A stretch of DNA of 62,760 bases, counting the filler, from Chiloscyllium plagiosum (Eukaryota), in assembly GCF_004010195.1 (NCBI RefSeq). It is 6 parts of 2 records of this genome, joined end to end, with 100 filler letters (N's around TTAATTAATTAA, not from the genome) between each part and the next. Parts side by side here need not be neighbours in the genome. Positions count along the whole stretch, not along the records: positions 49,346 to 58,841 come from NC_057710.1; positions 58,942 to 62,760 come from NC_057711.1; 4 more parts are not named here. The stretch is one strand, 5' to 3'. Of this stretch, positions 49,346-60,223 are shown in pieces. The notes below the pieces were generated by a model that was given only the letters and a program-made list of their open reading frames with translations, was not told where the DNA came from and ran no database searches. The position numbers and the translations under genes were made by a program. Within the stretch, counting starts at the first letter, position 1. Every line of letters begins with the position of its first letter.

Positions 49346-51778
49346 GTCGGTTTATAGTAAATGTCCATGTTGATTCGGTCACCTGAGATAGAAATGGAGA
49401 GGTCTAGGAAGGGGAGGGATGAGTCTGAGATGGTCCAGGTAAATTTGAGGTCGGGGTGGAAGGTGTTGGTAAAGTGGATGAACTGTTCAATCTCCTCGTG
49501 GGAGCTCGAGGCAGCGCCGATATAGTCATCGATGTAGCAGAGGAAAAGGTGGGGTGTGGTGCCAGTGTAGCTGCAGAAGATGGACTGTTCCACATATCCT
49601 ACGAAGAGGCAGACATAGCTGAGGCCCATATGGGTGCCCATGGCTATTCCTTTGGTTTGGAGGAAATGGGAGGATTGGAAAGAGAAGTTGTTCAGAGTGA
49701 GGACCAGTTCAGTCAGTCGAAGGAGGGTGTCAGTGGAAGGGTACTGGTTGGTACGGCAGGAAAGGAAGAAGTGGAGGGCTTTGAGTCCTTCGTGATGGGG
49801 GTTGGAGGTGTATAGGGACTGGATGTCCATGGTGAAGATAAGGGGTTGGGGACCGGTGGAGGGCGTGAGCAGTGTCCTGAACGTAGGTGGGGAGTTTTTG
49901 GCCTAAGGGGGACAGGACAGTGTCGAGGTACGCAGAGATGAGTTCGGTGGGGCAGGAGCAGGCTGAGACAATGGGTCGGCCGGGGCAGTCAGGTTTGTGG
50001 ATTTTGGGCAGGAGGTAGAAACAGGCGGTGCGGGGTTGTGGGACTATGAGTTTGGAGGCGGTGGATGGGAGCTTCCCTGAGGTGATGAGGTTCTGGATGG
50101 TCTGGGAGATGATGGCTTGGTGCTGGGAGGTGGGGTCATGGTCAAGGGGGCAGTAGGAGGAGGTGTCCGCGAGCTGGCGTTTAGTCTAGCGGTGTAAAGA
50201 TCGATGCGCCAACTACCACCGCGCCTCCCTTGTCTGCCGGTTTGATAGTGAGGTTGGGGTTGGAACGGAGGGAGTGGAGGGCTGCATGTTCCGAGGGTGA
50301 GAGGTTGGAGTGGGTGAGAGGGGTGGAGAGGTTGAGGCGGTTAATATCACGGAGGCAGTTGGCTATGAAGAGACCGAGGGCAGATAAGAGGCCAGCACGG
50401 GGTGTCCAGCTGGTTGGGGTGTGTTGGAGGCGGGAGAAGGGGTCGTCAGAGGGTGGGCGAGAATCTTGGTTGAAGAAGTACGTGCAGAGGCGAAGGCGGC
50501 GGAAGAATTGTTTGATGTCTGGCAGCGTGTTGAACTCGTTAATCCGAGAGCGTNNNNNNNNNNNNNNNNNNNNNNNNNNNNNNNNNNNNNNNNNNNNNNN
50601 NNNNNNNNNNNNNNNNNNNNNNNNNNNNNNNNNNNNNNNNNNNNNNNNNNNNNNNNNNNNNNNNNNNNNNNNNNNNNNNNNNNNNNNNNNNNNNNNNNNN
50701 NNNNNNNNNNNNNNNNNNNNNNNNNNNNNNNNNNNNNNNNNNNNNNNNNNNNNNNNNNNNNNNNNNNNNNNNNNNNNNNNNNNNNNNNNNNNNNNNGGTT
50801 AGAGATCGGCGTGGGGGCGGGGTTAGGCATGCGGTTAGAGATTGGCGTGGGGGCGGGTTAGGCATGCGGTTAGAGATTGGCGTGGGGGCGGGGTTAGGCA
50901 TGCGGTTGGAGATCGGCGTGGGGGCGGGGTTAGGCGTGCGGACGGAGATCGGCGTGGGGGCGGGGTTAGGCATGCGGTTAGAGATCGGCGTGGGGGCGGG
51001 GTTAGGCGTGCGGACGGAGACGCCTGCGGCATGGTCGTTGTGCAGGTCAGTGATGTCACTGGGGGCAGAAGTGGTTGTGGCGATGGCAGAAACAGTGTTG
51101 TTCCTGACAGCCGTGGACCCCGCAAAGGCTGCAAATCTGTCGGCGATGGTCTTCCTGGTGATCATGGCCGCTGCAGCGGCCGCGTGGTTAATGGCGCCCG
51201 AGCGGTTCCGGAGGCCGATGGAAGATTCTGGAACAGTTGAGGAACCCAGAGTTTTGGGGGTAAGTACATGAAGGTTTTTGGTACTTACTGTCTTTAATTT
51301 CCAATATGGCTAGGAAGTTTGTTTAGTGTATGGATTCTTCTGTGGATGAATAACAGTAGAAGTCCTTTGCAGGTCTGTGAGAGTGTTGTCCTGAGCTGGG
51401 GAGGGCTGACTGTAGGGAATATAGGTAGCGGCGCATGGCTGCAAGCGTGGAGCGGAGGATCCGGAGGGAGGTCTGTTGCTGGAGGCTTCGGATTTGTTGT
51501 AGGTACTGGTTGTCCTGGTTGGGTCCAAATTATGTTGGTCTAAACGTAGTTCGGAGTCCGTGCGGGGTCAATCGGTTCCGTAGGCAGGTGCTGAGGAAGG
51601 AGATGTGGCTGTGGTAGCGAGTCTGTTTGAGAACGTGGCTGAAGAGCTTCTGTGCAGAGGAGATGACCTGGGGTGTGCAGTGAGAGAGGGACTCACTGAA
51701 ATCCTTGTAGAGGGAGGAAGAGAGCTTCTTCAAGGAAGGCATCCTTGCAACAGAATTCGCAGTAGGTTAAAATCTTCT
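49346..51778 (-). mobile_element. Penelope-like element B: N-terminal region, linker minisatellite, RT
   Basis: RYHSHISFLSTCLRNRLTPHGL; IKPADKG; PKIHKPDCPGRPIVS; MDIQSLYT; QTKGIAMGT.MG; YIDDYIG; LPFLD. Confidence 0.9.
50797..51020. repeat. 36-bp G-rich minisatellite (gttagagatcggcgtgggggcggggttaggcatgcg)n adjacent to a gap
   Basis: About 6 visible units; reads MPNPAPTPISNR on the PLE sense strand. Confidence 0.9.
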
Positions 51779-51811
51779 AGGAGAAAGGGAGGACTGCAGA
51801 ATATGGAGATC

Positions 51812-53295
51812 AGCCCCACCACCAGGGATATATTTCCCTCCCCTCCCCTATCAGCGTTCCGAAAAGACCATTCCCTCCGTGACTCCCTCGTCAGGTCCAC
51901 ACCACCCGCCACCTCCAAACAGACTCCACCACCAGGGATATATTTCCCTCCCCTCCCCTATCAGCGTTCCGAAAAGACCATTCCCTCCGTGACTCCCTCG
52001 TCAGGTCCACACCACCCACCAACCCAAACTTCCCCTGCAACCGCAAGAAATGCAAAACTTGCGCCCACACCTCCCCCCTTACTTCCAGAATCTTTTCGGA
52101 TTCTTTTTGGAAATATTTGAGCAGAAATATCTCAATTCCTGGTCACGTATTTTTGTTCATCTCTTTTTAGGACATTAGCTTCGACAATGTGGAGTCTGTG
52201 TGGGTGGAGCTGTGAAATACCAAGGGACAAAACATTAGTGGGTGTCATACAGAGACCCCCAGACTGCAGTGGTCATGTTGGAATAGTATTAAACAGGAAA
52301 TTCGACGATACCCTCCACCGCTTCGCCTCCACTTCCCGCTACTCCGCCCTTGAACCCCGCCACTCCATCCGTCACCAGGACAGAACCCCACTGGTCCTCA
52401 CCTACCACTCCACCAACCTCCATATACATCGTATCATCCATCGTAATTTCTGCCACCTCCAAACGGACCTCACCACCAGGGATATATTTCCCTGCCGTCC
52501 CCTATCAGCGTTCCGAAAAGACCAGTCCCTCCGTGACTCCCTCGTCAGGTCCACACACCCCACCAACCCAACCTCCACTCCCGGCACCTTCCCCTGCAAA
52601 CGCAAAAATGCAAAACTTGCGCCCACACCTCCCCCCTTACTTCCCTCCAAGGCTCCAAAGGATCCTCCCATATCCGTCACAAATTCAACTGCACCTCCAC
52701 ACACATCATTTACTGCATCCGCTGCACCCAATGTGGCCTCCTCGATATTTTGGGAGACAGGCCGCCTACTTGCGGAACGTTTCAGAGAACACCTCTGGGA
52801 CACCCGGACCAACCAACCCAACCACCTTGTGGCTCAACACTTCAGCTCCCCCTCCCACTCCACCAAGGACATGCAGGTCCTTGGACTCCTCCATCGCCAG
52901 ACCACAGCAACCATAGCTGGAGGAAGAACGCCTCATCTTCCGCCTAGGAACCCTCCAACCACAAGTGATGAACTCAGATTTCAGCAGTTTCCTCATTTCC
53001 CCTCCCCCCACCTTGTCTCAGTCCCAATCCTCGAAATCAGCACCGCCTTCCTAACCTGCAATCTTCTTCCTGACCTCTCCACCCCACCCCGGCCTATCAC
53101 CCTCACCTTGACCTCCTTCCACCTATCGCATTTCCAACGACCCTCCCCAAGTCCCTCCTCCCTACCTTTTATCTTAGCCTGCTGGACACACTTTCCTCAT
53201 TCCTGAAGAAGGGCTCATGCCCGAAACGTCGATTCTCCTGCTCCTTGGATGCTGCCTGACCTGCTGCGCTTTTCCAGCAACATATTTTCAGCTCT
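51812..53295 (+). mobile_element. Penelope-like 3' region with GIY-YIG endonuclease, inverted relative to element B
   Basis: PLVLTYH; AFRKD.SLRDSLVRS; FNCTSTHIIYCIRCTQCGLL.I.ETGRLLAERFREHL; duplicated fragments at 51816-52017; short CR1 piece at ~52170-52310. Confidence 0.85.
53203..53230 (+). ncRNA. Minimal hammerhead ribozyme motif
   Basis: CTGAAGA-a-GGGC-tcat-GCCC-GAAA-CGTC, downstream of the GIY-YIG region on the same strand. Confidence 0.65.
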
Positions 53296-53859
53296 AATTA
53301 TGTATGATGTTGATATAAGAGATGCTGTTCAGATTAAGCAACATCCTTATCGGCATAACCCTCTAAAGTTGGCACAGTTTCAAAAAGAGATTGAACGCAT
53401 GCTCCAAGACGACATAATTGAAGTGAGTTACAGTGATTGGAGCTCACCCATAGTAATGGTGTCATAACCAACGGTTATGTGTGGACTATCACAAAGTCAA
53501 TGCAGTTACAAAGACTGATGCATCTCTGATTCCACGTTTGGAAGACTGTGTTGAGAAGGTGGAATAGGCGACTTGTATTTCTCAGTTGGACTTGCTCAGA
53601 GGACACTGGCAGTTGCCTTTGTCAGGCACATTTCAGAGACTAATTAATAAATGCATTGCCAGATTACCCAGCTGAGTCATTTATATAGGTGACCTGGTGA
53701 TTTTTAGTCACTCGTGGAAAGAACATTTACAACATTTATCAGACTTGTTTGATCGACTGCGGAAGGCAGGCTTGGTAGTAAACCTGGCTAAAACTGAATT
53801 TGCCAAAGCCCAAGTCACCTTCCTGGGCCATGTTACTGGACTCAGACAAGTGTACCACT

Positions 53860-54305
53860 AGATGGTATGGCAACCATACCATTCAAGATCAGAGACGGTT
53901 ACAGAGGGTGGTGAACTCGGCCCAGACGATCACAAAGGCCAACCTCCCATCTATAGAATCTGTCTACCAGGCCCGCTGTCAAGAAAAGGCTGCCAGCATT
54001 CTCAAAAGATCCATCCCACCCTGGCAATGTTTTTCTATAATCTCTACCATCGGGGAGAAGGTACAAAAGCCTGAATATACGCACCAGCTGGTTTCGAAAC
54101 AGTTTCTACCCTACTGTTGTTAGAATACTGAATGGACTCACAAACCCTTAACATTCGCCTGTACCTGTGTTTTGGTTTTTGCCGCTGTTTACCTATTATT
54201 TACTTATCTATGCTACTTAACTCTGTGATCTGCCTGTATTGCTCACAAGACAAAGCTTTTCACTGTGCCTCGGTACATGTGACAATAAATTCAATTCAAT
54301 TCAAA
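53860..54305 (+). mobile_element. Rex1/Babar-like LINE 3' end inserted in Gypsy pol
   Basis: WYGN.T.QD.RRLQRVVNSAQ.I...LPSI..VY; AATAAA then (ttcaa)n tail. Confidence 0.75.
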
Positions 54306-55091
54306 TGGCCCCTCGGGATGCGAAAACAAAGGTAATTGGGAGCTTCCCATACCATTGACAAAAAGAGCAGTACGACGACAGTTCCTGGGATTGAGTGGGT
54401 TTTACCATAAATTTGTACCAAATTTTAACAGTGTGGCTGCTCCACTCACTGATTTGCAAAAGAAAGGCAAGCAGTTTCAGTGGGCAGCGAACTGACAGAA
54501 GACATTTTACAGCCTGAAAGCCGTGTTAACCACTGTCCCAATATTAGCCACAACCCATTCAAAGCAGCTATCGATGCCAGTGATGTGGGTGTCGGAGCTG
54601 TGCTCTTGCAAGATGATGAGAAGATAGAAAGACCTATCGGGCATATCTCCAGGAAATTGAACATTCATCAGCAGAAATGTTCAACAGTTGAGAAGGAGAC
54701 TCTGAGCTTGGTGTTGGGCGTTTCAACATTTCAATGTTTATGTTACCAGTAACATACATGAGACAATAATATACACTAACCATAACACATTGAAGTTTGT
54801 GGAGAAATTTAAGGTCAAAAATGCCAGACTGTTTTGATGGCACTTGTTGTTACAGCCATTCAACTGGAAAACTGTGCATGTGGCAGGATGAGAAAACACG
54901 ATTACCGACGCATTGTCAAGACTCGAATGAGAAATGGAGGCGTTCGGTGGTAGGGGTACAACAGACTGAAAAGGAATGTAGTTGCGCATATTTGCACAGT
55001 TATAGCCAGTGTAATATATACGTTTGTTTTAGAATACTAACAATCTTTTTAAGGGGTGTTAAAATGAAGCCATCTTTGAATGACTTTATTT

Positions 55092-55600
55092 AGGGGCGGC
55101 ATGGTGGCTCAATGGTTAGCACTGCTGCCTTATAGTGATAGACATCGGAGTTCAATTCCAGCCTCAGCCGACTGTCCATGTGTGTTTGCACATTCTGCCT
55201 GTGTCTGTGTGGGGTTCCTCTGGTTTCATCCCACCATCCAAAGGTGTGCAGCTGTGGTACATTGGCTGTGGTAAGTTGCCCATAGAGTTCAGGGATATGT
55301 AGGTTAGGTGCATTAGTCAATATTAGGAAATATAGGATAATAGCATAGGTGAATGGGTCTGGGTGGGTTACTCTTTGGAGAGTCAAGAAAGAGTTGGATA
55401 AAGCTCTTAGGAATAGTGGAATCAAGGGTTATGGGGATAAGGCAGGAACAGGATACTGATTGAGGATGATCAGCCATGATCATAATGAATGGTGGTCCTG
55501 ACTCGAAGGGCAGAATGGCCTACGCCTGCACCTATTGTCTAGTGTGTCATTGTGAACCTGTTGGGCCATAGAGCCTCTTTCCACACTGTAGGGATTCTAC
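55092..55600 (+). mobile_element. HE1/V-SINE-like SINE with a nested CR1 3' end (~55385-55545)
   Basis: ggggcggcatggtggctcaatggttagcactg head; tail resumes at ~55550. Confidence 0.75.
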
Positions 55601-57299
55601 GAATATTGATTTTTTTTTCAGGGGAGAGATGTGACAAAGCTGTTCCTTTAACAAGATTATGTTGTCCTGTGCTTTTTTCCCCAGAGAGCTTGTAAGTGAC
55701 AGGCTCCGAAAAGTCTGAGAAGGGCTTTTAGGGCCAATTTGTTAATAGCCAACAGATACTGCCTCAGGCAGAAGGCTTTCAAGTTAAAAAGAAACTTGTA
55801 TAATCAAAGTGGCCAGTTCTACCTGCTTAGGTTTTCTCTGGGTTGTTTTTTTTTAAGCAGTAGTGTGAAGAAAGGCTGCTGGACCCACAGAAGCAGGCCC
55901 CGGCTGGTATTCCCTCTCTGATCTCTATGCAGTAAGACCCGGTGTCTGATTTTACGTTTTGTTTATTGCAAGTATTTGGAACAGCATCATTAAGTTGGGA
56001 CAGTCTGTTGAGTTTTCAGATGGGATAAGTTATTTGGTATTCCTGAAGTCGGCAAAGCATGTGACCATTGTCAGCTTGTCAAGTTCATCCACAGAAACGG
56101 AGGGGAAAGGGGGAATTGGGGAGAGAGGGTGGAACTACAAGTACAGGTGTGGCTGCAAGGAGGAGTGTCAGCAATTTACTATTGGGTTGGAACTGCAAGC
56201 TCTGGGCTGTAGCTCAGTACAATAGTGACGGTGCGAGAAGGATTTGCAAGTAGGCGGAAAGTGTGTAAAGCAGGAGGATCAGTTATCTACAATAGGAAGA
56301 ACTCTGGATTCAATTGGGAGTAGCACATGGCCACACCAGGCATGATTACTTCACATCGCAGAGCAATTGGGTGGAGACTTGGACATGTATGAAGTCTGTA
56401 GGTTAACAGGACGGGCTAAAAGGAAGGGGGTGTAGATATTTGGTGGCTGACCAACATGATCAGGCTAAGGCTGGAAGGTCCTGGAAGGGAAGTGAGTGAT
56501 GGGTTGTAGCACACTACAATTGTGGGATTTTGAAGGGAAAGAACATAGATCATAAGTCCTCACACTGTGCAGCACACAGACTGCCTACTCCCTGACCATT
56601 CTACAGCATTGACCCTGCCTGTGTGGAATCCTGAACGAGGGGAACATTAGTGTAGACATTAGTCCCCCTGCTTCCAGATAGTGCGGAGGGCTCTCAATGC
56701 AGATCTTTATCCATTGAGCCTCATGTGTGGCCATGAACTGCTGCTGGATGGTGTGAAAATACATTTAGTACTTACACAGAGAGACTCAAACACATGCAAG
56801 AATGTTATCAGCATGAGCATGATTCACTAGCTGAGATGGAGGAAACTTACTTGGCAGTAGACCCATTGGCCCTGGAGTTTTGCTAGCACCATCCCACTGG
56901 GCCACTTATGACTAAATGCTCCAGGCATTCTCAGGATTTTCTTGCCAGAAGCAAGGAGCCCTTCCTCAGGGTAAACTTCCAAGGGTCAGAGGGGGACAGG
57001 CAGAGTGGAGTGGAGGGGCTGGATATCAATGGTATCTCTAAGCCTACTGTCAGGTTCCACACATGGTGACTGGCATGCCTGTATGGCTTCCAACTATGAA
57101 ATTCACTGCTGCACATGGAATTCAGATCACCACGTGGAAGGAACTGCTGGCCGCCTCACACTTACTACTGGCCTGCCATCCTGAGTATAAGTGACAGGGA
57201 GGGAGTGGCATGGTGACAAAGTGCAGATATTTGCACATCCCCAACAGCCTGAGGGACCCCCCTTAACAGGAATACTCCAAAACCTGTGACAGGATATAA

Positions 57300-58460
57300 A
57301 GGGTAGTGGTAGAAGGTTGTTTGAGTGACGGGAGGCTTTATAAAGCTCTGGTTAGGCCCCATTTGGAGTACTGTGTCCAGTTTTGGTCCCCACACCTCAG
57401 GAAGGACATACTGGCACTGGAACGTGTCCAGCGGAGATTCACACGGATGATCCCTGGAATGACAGGTCTAACATATGAGGAACGGCTGAGGATACTGGGA
57501 TTGTATTCGTTGGAGTTTAGAAGATTAAGGGGAGACTTAATAGAGACGTACAAAATAATACATGGCTTGGAAAAGGTGGATGCTAGGAAATTGTTTCAGT
57601 TAAACGAGGAGACTAGGACCCGTGGACACAGCCTTAGAATTAGAGGGGGTCATTTCAGAACAGAAATGCGGAGGCATTTCTTCAGCCAGAGAGTGGTGGG
57701 CCTGTGGAATTCATTGCCACGGAGTGCAGTGGAAGCCGGGACGCTAAATGTCTTCAAGGCTGAGATTGATAGATTCTTGTTGTCTCGAGGAATTAAGGGC
57801 TACGGGGAGAACGCTGGTAAGTGGAGCTGAAATGCGCATCAGCCATGATTGAATGGCGGAGTGGACTTGATGGGCCGAATGGCCTTACTTCCACTCCTAT
57901 GTCTTATGGTCTTATGGTGTCTAGCGGAGTACCACAAGGATCATTGTTGGGACTGTTATTGTTTGTGATATACACAAATGATGTAGATCAAAAATGTGGA
58001 GGGAACCTTAAACAGATTTGCAGATGACAGCAAGATTGGTAGAGCAGTTAATAGCAAAACAGATGGTTATATGTTACAGTAAAATATAGATGGGTTGGTT
58101 AGATGGGCAGACCAGTGGCAAACAGTATTTAACCCTGATAAGTTTGAGGCGATGCTCTTTGGAAGAAGAAACAAAGATGAGGGAGTATTTAATGAATGGC
58201 AGGACACCCAATAGTTTACAGGGACAAAGGGATGTTGGAGTAATTATTCATAGATTCCTGAAGTCGGCAAAGCATGTGAGTAGGATAGTTAAGGCGGCAT
58301 ATGAGACACTTGCTTTCATCAGTCGTGACACAAGGTATAATGTTGCAGTTGTGCAGAGCATTGGTTGACAACAGCTGGAATAGTGTATGCAGTTCTGGTC
58401 ACTTGACTACAGGAAGGATGTAGTACAGGGGGTACAGAAGAGGTTCATCAAGATGTTGGA
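57300..58460 (+). mobile_element. Old CR1 RT fragment containing a younger CR1 3' segment (57335-57917) with an open frame
   Basis: LYKALVRPHLEYCVQFWSP...LRGDLIETYK...WNSLP is uninterrupted; (tcttatgg)-type tail; flanking SGVPQGSLLG and FADD. Confidence 0.9.
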
Positions 58461-58841
58461 CTGCATTCTGGGAAGGTGGGACCTGTACAAGCAGGACGGG
58501 TTGCACCTGAACCAGAAGGGCACCAATATCCTGGGAGGTAGGTTTGCTAGCACTCTTCGGGGGGGTTTAAACTAATTTGGCAGTGGGATGGGATCCGGAC
58601 TTGTAGTCCAGCAAGTAGGCTAGCTATTTGTCAGGATGTCCCAGAATGTAGGGAGGCTGTGAAGAAGGTAGCGCTGACAGGGAATACTCGCGGACACAGA
58701 GATGGGCTCAAGTGTGTATACTTCAACGCAAGGAGTATCAGAAATAAGGTGGATGAACTTAAGGCGTGGATCGGTACCTGGGACTACGATGTTGTGGCCA
58801 TCACGGAAACGTGGATAGAAGAGGGACAGGAATGGTTGTTG
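58460..58841 (+). mobile_element. CR1 ORF1 C-terminus (SGNH esterase-like) and ORF2 endonuclease start
   Basis: WDLYKQDGLHLNQKG; LKCVYFNARSIRNK.DEL....YDVVAITETW. Confidence 0.85.
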
Positions 58842-58941
58842 NNNNNNNNNNNNNNNNNNNNNNNNNNNNNNNNNNNNNNNNNNNNTTAATTAATTAANNN
58901 NNNNNNNNNNNNNNNNNNNNNNNNNNNNNNNNNNNNNNNNN

Positions 58942-59200
58942 CAGCACCGCCCTCTTGACCTGCAATCTTCTTCCCGACCTCTCCGCCCCCACCCCATCTC
59001 CGGCCTATCACCCTCACCCTCACCTCCTTCCACCTATCGTATTCCCAGCGCCCCTCCCCTAAATTCCCTCCCCCCTTCCTTTTATCGCAGCCCGCCAGCC
59101 TCATTCCTGATGAAGGGCTTATGCCCGAAACGTCGATTCTCCTGCTCCTCGGCTGCTGCCTGACCTGCTGTGTTTTTCCAGCACCACATTTTTCAACCTT
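58942..59200 (+). mobile_element. Penelope-like 3' terminal repeat
   Basis: Similar to 53040-53295. Confidence 0.85.
59107..59134 (+). ncRNA. Minimal hammerhead ribozyme motif
   Basis: CTGATGA-a-GGGC-ttat-GCCC-GAAA-CGTC. Confidence 0.7.
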
Positions 59201-60223
59201 GAAAAAAAAACCCTATCTGCTTTACCAGCCATTTACAAAGACTTATTATTTTATGACTCTGCACTAATGCGGGGGCAAAATATGGTTTTCACACCAAAAG
59301 GTGATGGGGGGAATGGCTGCACATCCAAAATCGAGTTACTGGAACTCGTTGTACATGGTGTTTACACTACTGCTTTCTTCAAGCTGTGGGGAAGGTGTCT
59401 CTCGGTGGCACAGCACCAGGAGGGGGGTGTATACGGAGTGCAACTTCGCCAGCAACAGGTAGCTGAGCCAGATGTGGATGTTGAAGCTGGATTGGCTGGA
59501 TGACCCCCTCTTTGATTAGGAGCTGAACAGCTTGTAGATGTGAATGATTTGGGGTGAAGCCTTTGGATTGCTGGAAGGGCAGCGAGCGCTGTGTGCACAG
59601 CTCTGTCTCAGCAGGAAGCATACCTGGAGCCGGAAGCAAGCCTGTCCTTTTCTCCCACCTCTCGCGGTAACCGGTTGCCTTTAACCAATAACAAAGAGAC
59701 TTTGTAGACAGTGCACTAATCACAACGAGCCTTCTCCTCTGAAGTAGCAAAAAGAATCTGGGGATAAAGAGATTGAAGAACAGAAGGTCCCGGCGAAGGC
59801 TGAAGGCTGATGCAATCGAAGGGAGTTTCCCAGGTTTCACCATTGTAAGCGTACTTTTGGTTTTTGTGTAACTGCCTGTGTTTATGTAAGGGTTTTAAAA
59901 CAGGGGTTAGAGTTTTATCTTGTCAAGCCAAATGTTGATAAATCAAAGCAGCTCTCTTGTGATTAGAGTTTATTTGGCTATAATGAAGAGTAGCTCTGGT
60001 CAGTGTTTCCTGTTAACTGGGGAGATTGTGTACTTCGATTAAATCATGAACTTTTGCGGTGACCCTGCAAAGAGTTGGGATCAAGAACCAGTTTCTCGAA
60101 CAGGTTGCAACAGCTTTAGGGAAGGAAAGCTGCCATTCTTACCCAATGTGGCCTACACGTGACTCCAAACCACCTTCAATGGTTCCCCGAAGTTTTGTTT
60201 GACGGTCACCAACAAGGTTCCTT

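Larger units (their letters stand above)
53296..56038 (+). mobile_element. Decayed Ty3/Gypsy retrotransposon: RT, RNase H, PPT, truncated 3' LTR
   Basis: IKQHPYR; SDWSSPIVMV; RLCVDY.KVN; LDLLRGHWQ; YIGDLVIFS; VTFLGH; IDASDVGVGAVLLQ; EKETL; DALSR; PPT aggggagaga at 55620-55629 then TGTGACA at 55630. Confidence 0.9.

Noticed and set aside
56280..57300. Possible very decayed Harbinger transposase (QLLCD-like motif, minus strand)
   Set aside because: The similarity is too fragmentary to support without a profile search
59270..60111. Possible LTR ending in TGCAACA
   Set aside because: No matching 5' terminus or TSD found
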